From Eledone cirrhosa (lineage: Eukaryota), in contig OZ024740.1 of the NCBI GenBank assembly GCA_964016885.1, positions 365,862,001-365,926,000 on the forward strand: DNA of 64,000 bases, given 5' to 3'. This document shows, piece after piece, positions 1-12,565 of this stretch. The notes under the pieces were generated by a model. The model searched no databases. It saw nothing but the letters and a program-made list of their open reading frames with translations, and was not told the DNA's origin. Position 1 is the stretch's first letter. Every line of letters begins with the position of its first letter. The position numbers were made by a program, and so were the translations under genes.

Positions 1-248
1 CCCTTCCTAACACCAACCTCATTTACAGTGGGTGCTGGGTGCTTTTTTGCCGTGGCACCTCCACGACCACTTTGCAGTGGAATGATATGGACCCTAGTCC
101 CTATCATCTCATTTCTACAGCTGAGCAAACTGGAGCAATGTGAAATAAAGTGTCTTGCTCAAGGAAACAACACATCACCTGGTCTGAGAATTGAACTCAC
201 AACCTTTCGATTGCAAGGCCAATGCTCTAACCACTAAGCCATGTGCCC

Positions 249-250
<2 letters not shown>
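1..250 (-). mobile_element. tRNA-derived CORE-type SINE with RTE-like tail (truncated by window edge)
   Basis: Minus strand: A box TGGCTTAGTGG, B box GAGTTCAATTC, CORE-like CCTTGAGCAAGACACTT; highly similar to copy 59835-60181. Confidence 0.8.
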
Positions 251-332
<82 letters not shown>

Positions 333-333
<1 letters not shown>

Positions 334-600
334 ATTGTTTCTACTTTTGGTACAAGGCCAACAATTATCCCAGTGCATTACTAGTACTTTATTTTATCGA
401 CCCCGGCAGTGGCGGTGGGTTGGCAGTATCGGTAGAGGGTCAGACGCCATGCTTTGACGCATAGAGTTACGGCCCTTGCCATTCTGAGTTCAAATCCCGC
501 CGAGGTTAACTTAGCCTTTTATCCTTACGGGGTCGATAAAATAAAGTACCAGTAATGTACCGGGTCATTGCTGGTCTTGTGCCAAAAGTAGAAACAATTA
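333..600. mobile_element. Inverted pair of Nin-type tRNA-derived SINEs (3' fragment on minus strand 333-405; full copy on plus strand 411-600)
   Basis: A box TGGCAGTATCGG, B box GAGTTCAAATCC, Nin-like GCCTTTTATCCTTACGGGGTCGATAAAATAAAGTACC, tail gtgccaaaagtagaaacaatt. Confidence 0.8.
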
Positions 601-617
601 TATATATATATATATAT

Positions 618-1093
618 TTCGTTTCTGAATTTGTTTAGCAAGATTCTTTATCTGAAAACGTGTGTTGAAACCGATATTGTTATACTTTGGGAGGCTCATG
701 TTGCCAATAAGAAACACACGCACCAGTTGCTTTCACTCCAATTTATTATAAATTAAATTTATAATTTTAAGAAATTTGTCAATTTCCGGTTGGTTGGTTC
801 CACAACCGGACGGTTGTTCATATATTGTAAAAGTTCTTTCGTCACACATTCTGGACAGAACAAAGGAGAGGCACAAAACAAATAAAAGAATCCCCAGTCA
901 CTGAAGAGGTCACAGTATGTGTGACGAAAGAACTTTGACAATATATGAACAACCGTCCGGTTGTGGAACCAACCAACCAACCAGAAATTTACAAATTTCT
1001 TAAATTTATAAATTTAATTTATAATAAATTGGAGTGAAAGCATGGTGCGTGTGTTTCTTATCGGCAACATGACCCTCCCAAAGTATAACAATA
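618..1093. mobile_element. Foldback element, probable inverted pseudo-LTR remnant of a Penelope-like element
   Basis: About 180-bp inverted arms (~674-853 / ~913-1093) flanked by (TA)n; hammerhead motif at the centre; related copy at 58607-58966. Confidence 0.65.
896..940 (+). ncRNA. Type I minimal hammerhead ribozyme motif
   Basis: gtca-CTGAAGA-g-gtcaca(gtatg)tgtgac-GAAA-g-aa-c-TT-tgac: catalytic core CUGANGA/GAAA/UH, 6-bp stem II, stem I gtca/tgac, minimal stem III. Confidence 0.6.
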
Positions 1094-1358
1094 TATATAT
1101 ATAGGAAATGGTAATTTAAACATGTGCTTTGATATCTTCTTCACTACCTCTTACGTTATGTTGACAAGATGTGTCCCCAGCTGGTCAGTAGTTTAGCAAC
1201 AACTATCTACCCATATGTCTATCTAGCTTTGGACAATAAAAAAAATCTAACTACATACCTATGTGTCTACCTGTCTCTCTATCTGTCTCTCTGTCAATAT
1301 TTCATTCTCTCTGCCTGTCTCTCACTCTTCCGTTATAACTGTTTGTTTATCTATCTAT

Positions 1359-2025
1359 CATCCTTCCAAGAGGACGTGTCCAAGATGCGCGCAGGACATT
1401 GAAACAGTCCTGCACGCAATTGTACACTGCCCGGGCGTAACCGACCTGTAGAACTACGCAGAACAACTGCTGTCGCGTATGTGACAAATCCACTTGACTG
1501 CCGAGTCCATAGTAAGGATCAAACCGCCAGCCTCTTTCAAAAACGAAAGAGAGCCGGTTTTCCTCTGTACGTGGCTATGGTGAAAGAAGTTATATGGTGG
1601 ACGAGATTGAGACGACTGAGGACAGATGCCTTTCTCTCCGAACAACAATTGATTCCCTTCTTTAAGTATCACTTTAGAAGGAGAATCGGGGTGGAGAGAG
1701 AGGCACTGCACCCCAGTAAATTTACTGAAAGGTGGGTGAATGAAGCGAAAATGTCCCGAGTGATTGGGCTTTCTCTGTTTATAAGCCTGTAGGTTGAGGA
1801 AGAGAGCAAAAGGAAGAAAGGAGCACTTTCACAACACGCTCCTGGAGTTGAGGGTTGTTCTATCGACGGGGTATTAAACAACCCATTTGTGGCGCCTCCC
1901 CCCTATTGGGCATTTCGATTGTTGTAATTGTTTGTTTTTATATTTTTTACACGACTGTATGTAAAATCCCCGGCATGTCTTTGTATTGTCCCCTTTTCTT
2001 GTGCGCCCTTGTGGCTAATAAAGAA
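1359..2025 (+). mobile_element. Tx1/L1-clade LINE 3' fragment (decayed), copy 1
   Basis: Encodes TCPRCAQDIETVLHAIVHCP (zf-RVT-type CCHC) and EVIWWTR; has stops and frameshifts; ends AATAAAGAAA followed by tatctatct. Confidence 0.75.
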
Positions 2026-2038
2026 ATATATCTATCTA

Positions 2039-2935
2039 GAGACTCCACTTCGACATTCTATAGAGGGTTAGTACGTCACAAGAGCGACGACGTGCACAGA
2101 GAGACTCTAGGCGTCGAAGACGACGAACTCACCAGTCTGTTTGGTAGGACTTTCCGCCCGGGACCTATGGACAACTTCCAGAGGTCCCTGGCCTGTCAGT
2201 GTTACCGAGGAGCTCAACTAGTTCGAGACAAGATCTACAGGCACGGATGCCCCGTCAGGGATCCTTCCAAGAGGACGTGTCCAAGATGCGAGCAGGACAT
2301 TGAAACCGTCTTGCACGCAATTGTACACTGCCCGGGCGTAACCGATCTGTGGAACTACGCAGAACAACTGCTGTCGCGTATGGGACAAATTTAGTTGACT
2401 GCCGAGTCCATAGTAAGGATCAAACCGCCAACTTCTTTCAAAAACGAAAGAGAGGCGGTTTTCCTCTGTATAGTGGCTATGGTGAAAGAGGTTATATGGT
2501 GGACGAGATTGAGACGACTGAGGACAGATGCCTTTCTCTCCGGACAACAACTCATTCCCTTCTTTATGTACCACTTTAGAAGGAGAATCAGAGTGGAGAG
2601 AGAGGCACTGCACCCCAGTAAATTTACTGAAAGGTGGGTGAATGTAGCAAAAATGGCCCGAGTGATTGGGCCTTCTCTGTATATAAACCTATAGGTTGAA
2701 GAAGAGAGCAAAAGGAAGAAAGGAGCACTTGCACAACACGCCCCTGAAGTTGAGGGTTGTTCTATTTATTCTATCTATTGTATTAAACAACCCATTTGTG
2801 CCCCCCCTCCCTATTGGGGATTTCGATTTTAAAATTTGTTTGTTTCAATATTTTTACACGATGGTATGTAAAACCCCTGGCATATGTCTCTGTTTTGTCC
2901 CCTTTTCTTGTGCGCCATTGTGGCAAATAAAGAAA
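2039..2935 (+). mobile_element. Tx1/L1-clade LINE 3' fragment, copy 2 (longer)
   Basis: ORFs 1855..2394 and 2395..2694 join across one TAG (CAC in copy 1); CPRCEQDIETVLHAIVHC...IWWTR...FTERW; ends AATAAAGAAA+(TCTA)n. Confidence 0.8.
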
Positions 2936-3287
2936 TCTATCTATCTAGAATAAATAAATAAATAAATAAATAAATAAACAAATAAATAAATAAATAAATA
3001 TATCTATCTAGATGTGTATTTACCAATGTATCGATCTTCGGTCAAGAACAAAATTAACAACAAACCCCACCAGCAGTCTGAAGATAGATAGAACGAAGTC
3101 ATCATAATTTAGTGGATATATGTTTAATAAAGATTATAGAAAATATGGAAGAAAATTATTGTAACTAATTTATCAACGTAAAATGAAATACAACAATGGC
3201 CGGAGTAACAACATGGTTAAGAATAATCGATGATTCAAGGATCTTTACAGACAATGTTTTTACTATAAACCCCTTCGTTTTATATAA

Positions 3288-3370
3288 TCTACAAATATAG
3301 ATTTGTTGCAATTTTCTGAAGAAACAAAATATCATTTATTTCGACCGTAAAACAACGGGTTATATACTAG
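3288..3370 (+). mobile_element. Possible tiny non-autonomous Helitron
   Basis: A|TCTACAAATATA 5' end; subterminal hairpin CCGT-aaaaca-ACGG; 3' CTAG|T. Confidence 0.4.
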
Positions 3371-3377
3371 TAAATAA

Positions 3378-3800
3378 TAACTGTTTCTACTTTAGGCACA
3401 AGGCCAGCAATTATCCAGTGCATTACTGGTACTTTATTTTATCGACCCCGTAAGGATGAAAGGCAAAGTCAACCTCGGCGGGATTTGAACTCAGATCGTA
3501 AAGGGACGTAACTATGCTGCAAAGCATGGCGTCCGACCCTCTACCGATACTGCCAACCCACCGCTAGTAAATAATAACAAATAGTTAAAAGACAAGTCTC
3601 CTCAATCCTCATGATTATGGATTGGCAGTATCAGTAGAGAGTCGGACGCCATGCTTTCCAGCATAGTTACGTTCCTTTACGATCTGAGTTCAAATCCCGC
3701 CGAGGTTAACTTTGCCTTTCATCCTTACGGGGTCGATAAAATAAAGCACCAGTAATGTACTAGGTAATTACTGACCTTGTGCCAAAAGTAGAAACAATAA
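3378..3800. mobile_element. Head-to-head pair of Nin-type SINEs (3378-3565 minus, 3619-3800 plus)
   Basis: Both match the 411-600 family. Confidence 0.8.
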
Positions 3801-3899
3801 TTTTTAATAACAAGAAAGATAACTCTTAGTATGATTTATGTACCTTGCTTTTTTTGTTGATGGCAACATTTATGCAATGTTCCTGTTGATACAATTAAC

Positions 3900-4180
3900 G
3901 AAACGAAACAGCCTGTTCGTGAAATTAACGTGCAAGTGGCTGAGCATTCCACAAACACGCGTACCCTTAACGTAGGTCTCAGGGAGATTCAGCGTAACAC
4001 AGAATATGACAAGTCTGGCTCTTCGAATTACAGGCATTACTCATTTTTGCCAGCTGAGTAGACTTGAGCAACGGGAAATAAAGTGTCTTGCTCAAGGACA
4101 CAACGCACCGCTGGGAATCGAACTCATGACTTTACGATCGGGAGCCGAATACCCTAACCACAAAACTATGCGCCTTCACT
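3900..4180 (-). mobile_element. tRNA-derived CORE-type SINE, second subfamily
   Basis: tRNA-like head (B box GAGTTCGATTCC), GTGTCCTTGAGCAAGACACTT core; body also seen at ~56755-56880. Confidence 0.7.
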
Positions 4181-4194
4181 GGCAACATTTATAT

Positions 4195-4410
4195 AATAAT
4201 GAAAATTATTGTGTACACTGCTCAGGTGCACTACAACTCACCAAACGTGCATGTATAGTACATAAAATAATGTACAAATGTCAGGAAAGTGAACAGTGTA
4301 TGAATTATGATATACACACAGATACATATGTGCATGTGTATGGTATGGAGGAGGAATATCAGGTGTAGTGTTGGCAAATTTCGGGAAACATGGAAGTTTT
4401 GAAGGATGCA
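4195..4410 (-). mobile_element. CR1 LINE 3' end fragment
   Basis: Matches 49516-49725. Confidence 0.75.
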
Positions 4411-5609
4411 TTTCACATATTTTAGGACTTAGCAATCTGTGGATCGATTATAACAGTCCGTATCAATATACAACAATACTTCATGTTTATTTTATGATTT
4501 ATTGAGGCATTTCGATGATTTGAAATTATTATAGAAATGTTGAAATCCAAACGCAAATTTACAACGACAATACTGTTAAAAAACGGGTAAAATATCCCTA
4601 GTGACAGAAAATAAGTGGCCTCATATTTTCAGCCCTGAAGAATATTTTATCTAATTTTCTCAAACCATTATCATTGTAGTAAATCCGTGTTTGGATTTCA
4701 ACCTAATTTCACTTCATGTTGAGTATAAATATATTTTAGTAAAATTATTTTACACACATTTTATTGGTAATTTCAAATATATCCCAATATTTTCCTGACA
4801 AACTATATTGTTTAAAGTCTTTTAGTATATACCAAATATAGCTGTCAAATTCTCATAATGGAGTTTCATCATCGTCTAAAGTCCATCTTCCACACTAGCA
4901 TGTGTAGGACGAGCTGTCACTTTGTGAGAGATCAGATCAGAGGATCATGTTTTACTCACACAGGGCTGATTTTGGCTTGGTTTCCGCAGCTGAATGCCCT
5001 TCCTAACGCCAACCACATTTACAGTGTGTACTGGGTGCTTTTTGTCATGACACTTACACCACTTTACAGCATATAGGTTTATGTATATGAATGTATATAT
5101 GGTCAACTTCCTAAGTAAACATGCTTCACTGAAGAGATCTAATAAGAATAAAACATGTCTGTTGATTCCACCAAGATGGTTTACAGACAAGGTCCACTCC
5201 CACTGCAAGTGTTGACTAAATATTTATGTAATGTGTGTTTAATGTTAGGAAGTGCATCCAGCCAAAGAAAGCTTACCAAACAAAGGGTTTGGAGGTCCCT
5301 TCAGTTTGAGTCAAAAGAAACGATAACTTCTCCGCTGCACTCAATCTGACCACATGTAAGTGAGAGACCCCATCGGCGTGTCTGGGACATCAGTGGCCCC
5401 GCTTCAGTATTGACTTGGTCTATGTAGACCCGCCCAACCCTTGCTAGCAGGTAAAACGGATGTTAAACGATAATAAAATGTACAATTGTTTCTACTTTTG
5501 GCACAAGACCAGCAATTACCCAGTACATTACTGGTACTTTATTTTATCGATCCCGTAAGGATGAAAGGCAAAGTTAACCTCGGCGGGATTTGAACTCAGA
5601 TAATAAAAT

Positions 5610-5870
5610 GTATAATGTAAATATTTATGTAATGTATTGTATAGGTATTTGTGTAATGTACCATGTGAATATCCATGTAATGCATCATGTAAAGTTTATG
5701 TAATATATTATGTAAACACGCAATGCATCACGTAGACATTTATGTAATGCATTATGTAAACATTCATGTAATGTATTATGTAAATATCCATGAAATGTAT
5801 CATGTAAATATCCATGAAAATGTATCATGTAAATATTTATGAAATGTATTATGTAAATATTTATGTAATA
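5610..5870. repeat. Degenerate minisatellite of ~10-12-bp ATGTAAATATT-like units
   Basis: Repeated atgtaa/atgaaa cores visible directly. Confidence 0.7.
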
Positions 5871-6002
5871 TAGTCAAATAAGGTAAGTTTTATTAATTTC
5901 TAATGGAATTATAAACAAATGTCGACTAAATATTTATGCAATAAAATATTAAGGTAAGTTTGATTAATTTCCAGTATTTTTCGCGTTATTAATATTCACC
6001 AG

Positions 6003-6275
6003 TTTTTCACGCTCAGAGTTGCTGAAGCATGGAACAAACTACCTGCATCGGTTGTTAGCTGTCGAGACACTGCATCCTTTAAAGCCGCCATGCTTCCCGA
6101 GATTCGCCAACACTACACCTAATATTCCCCCTCCATACACATACACACATGTATACCATGACTCATACACTATTCACTTCCCTGACATTTGTGTATTATT
6201 CTATGTACTATACATGCACCTTTGACGAGTTGTAGTGCACCTGAGCATTTTACACAATAATTTCATCATTATATT
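6003..6275 (+). mobile_element. CR1 LINE 3' end fragment
   Basis: FTLRVAEAWNKLP C-terminus plus 3' UTR and ATT tail of the 49516-53470 family. Confidence 0.8.
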
Positions 6276-6544
6276 ATAAATGCAGGAGTTAAAGTTTTTA
6301 GATTGAGCAAACAAGGGAGACAACTCAAAATTTGTCATTCTTCCGAACAAGCTTATGATTTTGATTTGAAAAGAAATCAAAATAGAAAAAGAATCGCAGT
6401 ATAAACATTTAAAGACCTCATCCTAAATGCAATCATTTTCATTCCAAATTTGATTAACTACTAAGTTTCATCAATCCCATATTTCTATGCCGTCCAATAT
6501 AGTGAGTGACCAGTTATATGAACTTTTTACCAAAATGTCCCAGC

Positions 6545-7010
6545 TGCAACAAAATGCACCCAGTACACTCTGTAAAGTGGTTGAAATTAGAATAGGCATC
6601 CAGCTATAGAAATCATGCCTATCAATGGATTTTGTGTCAAGGACATGACAAACCTCCTGTATGCTGGTACCACAATAAAATGCACCCAGTACACACTGTA
6701 TAGAGGTTAGCATTAGATTAGGCATCCAGTTATAGAAATCATGCTTAACAAAGGGCTGAGAGGAATTTTTAATTGTGTCAAGGACATGACAACCTCCTCT
6801 GTATTGGTCCCACAATAAAGTATACCCAGTACACTCTGTAAAGAGGTTGGCATTAGATTGGGCATCCAGCTATAGAAATCTTACCTAACAAAGGGTTGAG
6901 AGGACTCTTTAGTTGTGTCAAGACATGATAACCTTTTGTGTGCTGGTGTCACAATAAAATCCACCAAGTACACTCTGTAAAAGTGTTGGCATCCAACTGT
7001 AAAAATTATG
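6545..7010 (+). repeat. Tandem array (~4 units of ~130-140 bp) of the RTE/SINE 3'-tail module
   Basis: Repeated cacccagtacactctgtaaag...ggcatccagctatagaaatc starting at ~6552, 6679, 6820, 6958. Confidence 0.7.
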
Positions 7011-7234
7011 CAAAAGATGAAACGTATGAGTAAGAAGTAGTTTACTGACCCAAGTCTCAGACAGTACTAAGTTGTCCTTACCCTGCCAGCATAGAAAATG
7101 TATGTATGAACCTTGATATTGTCACTGGAACATTTTTATCTTCTAGTAAAGTTTAACCCTTTCATGGCCACATTTCCAATGAAATCATCATCATATATTA
7201 TCACTTATGCATTTATGTATGATGGTAATATATA

Positions 7235-7450
7235 AGGCTTACAGTTGAGGTGGGGTATAGTGAATTTGGGCCAGATTCATCATGTCCTTCTTGGCTGGCA
7301 TTGGACTTGAAAGGAAAGTAGAGCAGTGATTCAAGAACTAGTGAGGGAGGTGGAAAAAGCTTCACTATGGATATGACAAAAGCATTTAAGTGAAAGACCA
7401 GTGCTGAGAGCAGTGAGCAAACCCTGGTGATAGCAGTATGGATAACAAGC
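7235..7450 (+). mobile_element. Decayed HERO/NeSL-like (RLE) retrotransposon 3' fragment
   Basis: Frames give TVEVGYSEF and RAVIQELVREVEKASLWI*QK, resembling the PVEVGCRGF...AExxSxWIWxKR C-terminus of HERO-type elements. Confidence 0.5.
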
Positions 7451-8954
7451 AAAATCATGAAATTCCCTGGTAGCATCAACACTGTTTGGCACTGCTGCAG
7501 GGAGTGCTACTCTCAAGGTGCTGAAATTGTAGAGATCTCCAGTTAACAGCTGAAGAGAATACCCCACAGCATAAGCTGTATATAGAATATTGGGATTAAT
7601 TATGAACTATACAACCACCTTTCATTGTTCAACCCTGATTTATGATCAAAGAATTTCCAGGCACGACTGTCCAGGAATAGAGTATATTGAATGTAATTTT
7701 ACTATTTTTTTAAAGATGGCAGTGTATGATGAGTAAACTTTTAGCCATTTTTTTTCTAACAAGTTGAGCAACTGTATGGAGGCTCCTCATTGACTGGGCT
7801 GTCCTTTGGGAGAAATAGGTATTTAGGATTTTGTGATAGTCATGCCTTTCCAAATAGCAGACATTGTTAGTGAAGTCAACCCAACTTAACTAAGTGGGTG
7901 TCATAGTCTCTGCTCATAGGTTTACTAACACAATCACACAAGTGTACATATATTAAATGTGCTTATTTTGCACATATATCTACCAACTTATAAATTCAAC
8001 AAATATTGACCTTAAGAGGTTTTTTTTATCTTTTGAATTACGAGCGCTCATAAATATGAAAAATTTATAACACCATCTAACTATCCAACCCATACTTTTT
8101 CCCAAATTTGGAGGCTCACCAGGTATGTATCCCAATTTGATTGGTATTAAATAATTAAGAGTATAAAACTTCTTCAGCCAGCCAGCTTCATAACCTTTGT
8201 TGATGTATTTTAGATTGTGTTACATTAAGTACACAATATAAAGTTCCTATATGCCCTTTTCCCTGCATATTGAGCATGAGTACTTCTTAAATAATGGAGT
8301 TATCTATCCTTTTCAGCTAAATAAAAGCTTTGTCATTGCTAGGTTTACTTTTAAGCCTCTTGGCCCTGATGCTATGTTTGCAACTCTTTCTATAATTCAA
8401 CTGATTTAGCTGAGCTCAAGGTTGTCAGTGTGCAGAAAATCTTATGGACAGCTGGATTCAAAGTTCTGTTATGGTCTGAAGAAATATAATAAATAGAGAA
8501 GGGGGACTATGAACTACGCCCTAGTAGATACCTGCTTATATACTCAATCACTTACTGAACTTATTGCATTAATTTTATTGATAGCACCTCCCACAGGACC
8601 TACACCGAGTTTTCAAAGCTGCTAGAGAACACAGCATGGTACAGTTAAAGGACTTCTCCAATACAATGACAAATATATAAAAAGGCTAATTGGAATATAT
8701 TTCTCTTCTTAAGATTAACTCTTAATTCTTTTGTGACCATATTTCTAGAAGTAGACCCTGATTGGGTTTCAATTAATTTTGAAAATAATCAAGAATTTAT
8801 CATTATCAAACTCATTTACTATTCTTCATAAAATAATCATAAGAACATTTTAAAATTAAATGTTTTGTACCTGACAAAGAAATAGTTTTAGGCTTCAAAA
8901 AGGTTAAAGTAGAAAGAAATGGTACAGAACAAAGATTAAAAAAGAGAAAACGGA

Positions 8955-8987
<33 letters not shown>

Positions 8988-8994
8988 TGACAGA

Positions 8995-11900
8995 GGGATA
9001 GAACAGCTTTTATTGTAGTTAATGTTGTAAAAAAAAAAGAAAAAAAAAAAAAAAGTCTAATTTGATTCACTTTCAAATTTGAATTCTTTGTATTGAAAAA
9101 AAAATCATATCTCTGTTTTCTTCTGTGTCTCTTTTTTTATTATTTAAAACAGTTCTTTACAAATATGACAAAAAAAAAAAAAAAATCTGTGGAATATGTG
9201 ATAACATCTGAGGTGTGTAACACACAGGCACTCACTCACTCACTCATACACACGCATAAGCCATTTTTTTTCACAAGCCATTTTGCTGAAGTTGTTTTCA
9301 CAATGAATGACTAATTTTTTTTTTTTAATAAATTTCTGTAATAGATGTCACCTTCAAGAATAACGTTTACCATGTGACCATCAAAGACACTGAAATGATT
9401 TATTTCCTCTCAGCTGTTATAAAATAAAGTATGACAACATCACAACTGTGACCTGACAGACAATGATGAATGATTAATATATCAACATTTTCATCACTAG
9501 TTATCTTTCAATAATAATAATAATTTCTCACATTAGCACAAGGCCACACATTTGTAGGGAAAGGGTATAATAAATTGAATCAACCTCTATTCAATACTTG
9601 ACTGGTTCTTATTTTATCAACCCTGAAAAGATATGAAAGGCAAAGTCCAAGCCAGCAAGATTTGAACTCAAAATGTAGAGGGAAGGAACTTTTGTAAAGT
9701 ATTTAGTTCCACACTCTACTATTTCAGTCAGCTCACTAATTTGATAAAGTTTCTTATTTTGTCTAGGCACAAAGGACCTATATTTTAAAGAGAAGAGAGA
9801 AAGGGGATATTGTGATGCACATCATGCCGTAACTTAATTTGTGTCAACCATGAGGAATCAATTCTGGTTTTCAGACTCAGATCTCTAGGAGGATACACTT
9901 TGCTTTGCAGCACTCCCAATAATATAATCATAATGAGGATTTGTCAAATTAAGGCAAGGCCATGAATTTTACAGGAGAATGTGGTTAATTAAATCATCAG
10001 TATATAACTAGTACTTATTTCATTGACTGCTACCCTCATGCAAAGAGAGATTAAATGCAAAACTGTACCTTGGCAGAATTTGAGCTCAGAATGTGAAAGG
10101 AATGTAGCTGAACATTGCAAAGCATTTAATCTGATACCACTGATTCTGCCACTCACAGCCCATTCATAATAATAATGGTCACCGATTCAGGCACCAGGCC
10201 AACAATTTTGGGGGAGGGGAAAGTCAATTAAATCAACCCAAGTGCATTACTGGTACTTTATTTTATCAACTCCATAAGGATGAAAGGCAAAGCTAACCTT
10301 GGCGGGATTTGAACTCAGAATGTAAACAGCCATAACTATGCTGCAAAGCATGTTGTCCAACGCTCTACTGATAATAATAATAATTTGGCTTGTATTTGGA
10401 GAGAAATTAAAAGTACAAACATTATCAATAAATAAACTAACAAAATTAATATGTATGTATCAAATCACACAAATACTAAAGTGATTGGTTAGCCATATGT
10501 GTTTTCTCTTCTTGCCACAATAATGAAAAAAATCTGTACTGAAGAAAATACAAAAACTTTGACTATCTTCAAGGATCAAGATGTCATTCATGATTTATGA
10601 TTACAAAATTGCATAAATATGCTTATATAATCTTCATGGTTATATATAATTGAATCAAGCTAACTTTATTTGAATTTAGTTCAATTTAAGTATTTATAAA
10701 AAAAAAACCCCAGCACAAATCGACAAATGGGCATCATGTTTGAAATATTAATATACAGAATTCTGAACTCTTCAGCTAACTTCTCGAAAATAGTTTTTGA
10801 AATGGAACTGGGTGATGAGAGACAGTAGACTAGTACAGTTAGAAAAAGTTCTTGTTTAATCCCAGTTCACAAATTCAATGCTTTTACGTTGTTTTCTTGT
10901 TTTTTTAATATACAAAAAAAAAAAAAAAAAAAAAAAAAAATGGATGGATGTGAAAATATATATATAAAAAAAAAATAGTAATACATGTTTTTATATCATT
11001 ACTTAACCTGCCTAATGTGGCAGGTGAGTTTTCCCCAGAACTAAACTTACTATCTATAAAAACGAGAAAACTTTAAATGGGTTAACATTTTATAGTTTGG
11101 ATTACCTTTAACATATGGCAAGTAACCTTAAATGAGAGAACTGCTATTAGCTATAGGTTGAGTTGGCTAATGATCTGGGACCACTAATTTGTGCACTATC
11201 AAGAGTGCAGCATGGTGTCCATTGCTAATATTTAATGTCCAGTCCACAGTTGGAAATAGAGACCATGAGGAAGTATAGTTACCTCGTGTAAGTTGGAAGG
11301 AAAATCTATATATCTGTTTGTTTTGTTAGCTTACAGTCACAGTGATGAAATATTTTTATGGATCTGGAGAAGACATGATGCTTCCCTGGGCATGGATACA
11401 TTGAAGCTCCGACGTCTGGCAACTGACTTGGTAAACACCCACAAAATTATTAACCATCTTGCCAACAACAACCCTGAGTACCTTTTTGATTTCCATGTGT
11501 CTAACACACGTGGGCATGCCCACAAAGTCAGAAAACAGCACAGCTCCCATGACTTTCGGAAACATTTTTTCACGCTCAGAGTTGCTGAAGCATGGAACAA
11601 ATTACCTGCATCAGTTGTTAGCTGTCGAGACACTGCATCCTTTAAAACCACCATGCTTTCTGAGATTCGCCAACACTACACCTAATATTCCCCCTCCATA
11701 CACACGCACACATGTATATCATGACTCACACTATTCACTTCCCTGACATTTGTATATTATCCTATGTACTATACATGCACCTTTGACGAGTTGTAGTGCA
11801 TCTGAGCACTGTACACAATAATTTCATTATTATTATTTATATAGTTTTGAAATTAATCCATAGGATGCATCATCTAAAAGATTCTCATTGAACCAGAACA

Positions 11901-12531
11901 ATTCAATGGTATGTGTTATGTCACACAATGAATAAATTAATCAATACTGTAAGAGTGAAAGTCAGAAGGAAATTGTTCACTCCATCTAGTAAACAGTAAC
12001 AACATAAAAAACACAGATCTATCAATTATATCACTGTTATTTACTGTATAGTATGAGCAGCTAAATAGAGAGAAACATAAACACTATAAATAATGTCTAA
12101 CTGACTTGAAAATTTCTGACCATGTGTGAAAGAGTAATGCATAATGTAGTAATACTTCTTGGTTGATTGACAATGAAATGTTGCAGATTCCTTTGTAGGA
12201 ACTTATATGGCTACAAGAACCATAAGTTTGATAGAAACATGATTTTAAGTAGAGAAATTATTCATTAGGACCAAAGTAAATGCAGCATTGAAGTGTTTAC
12301 TGGTCGTAACTGAAAAGCACTGACAGCAGACTGTTACTGTTTTTCTGTTTAGGATAGGTCAAGCAGCCCAGTCAGGAGCAGTCTTTGAGTTGGCATGGCC
12401 TGAGATCAATCCAGCTGATGTTATCAATTAATATGGTAATAATACATATACACACACACATTATATATATATATAATGTATGTATATATATAACCCTTGC
12501 TAGCAGGGAAAGCAGACGTTAAACCGACAAT

Positions 12532-12565
<34 letters not shown>

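Noticed and set aside
175-250. tRNA gene-like sequence (also 60105-60181)
   Set aside because: It is the head of a SINE, continuous with CORE and LINE-tail segments.
7495-7565. GAAA...CTGAAGAG hammerhead-like words in the HERO-like 3' region
   Set aside because: Could not build convincing stems.
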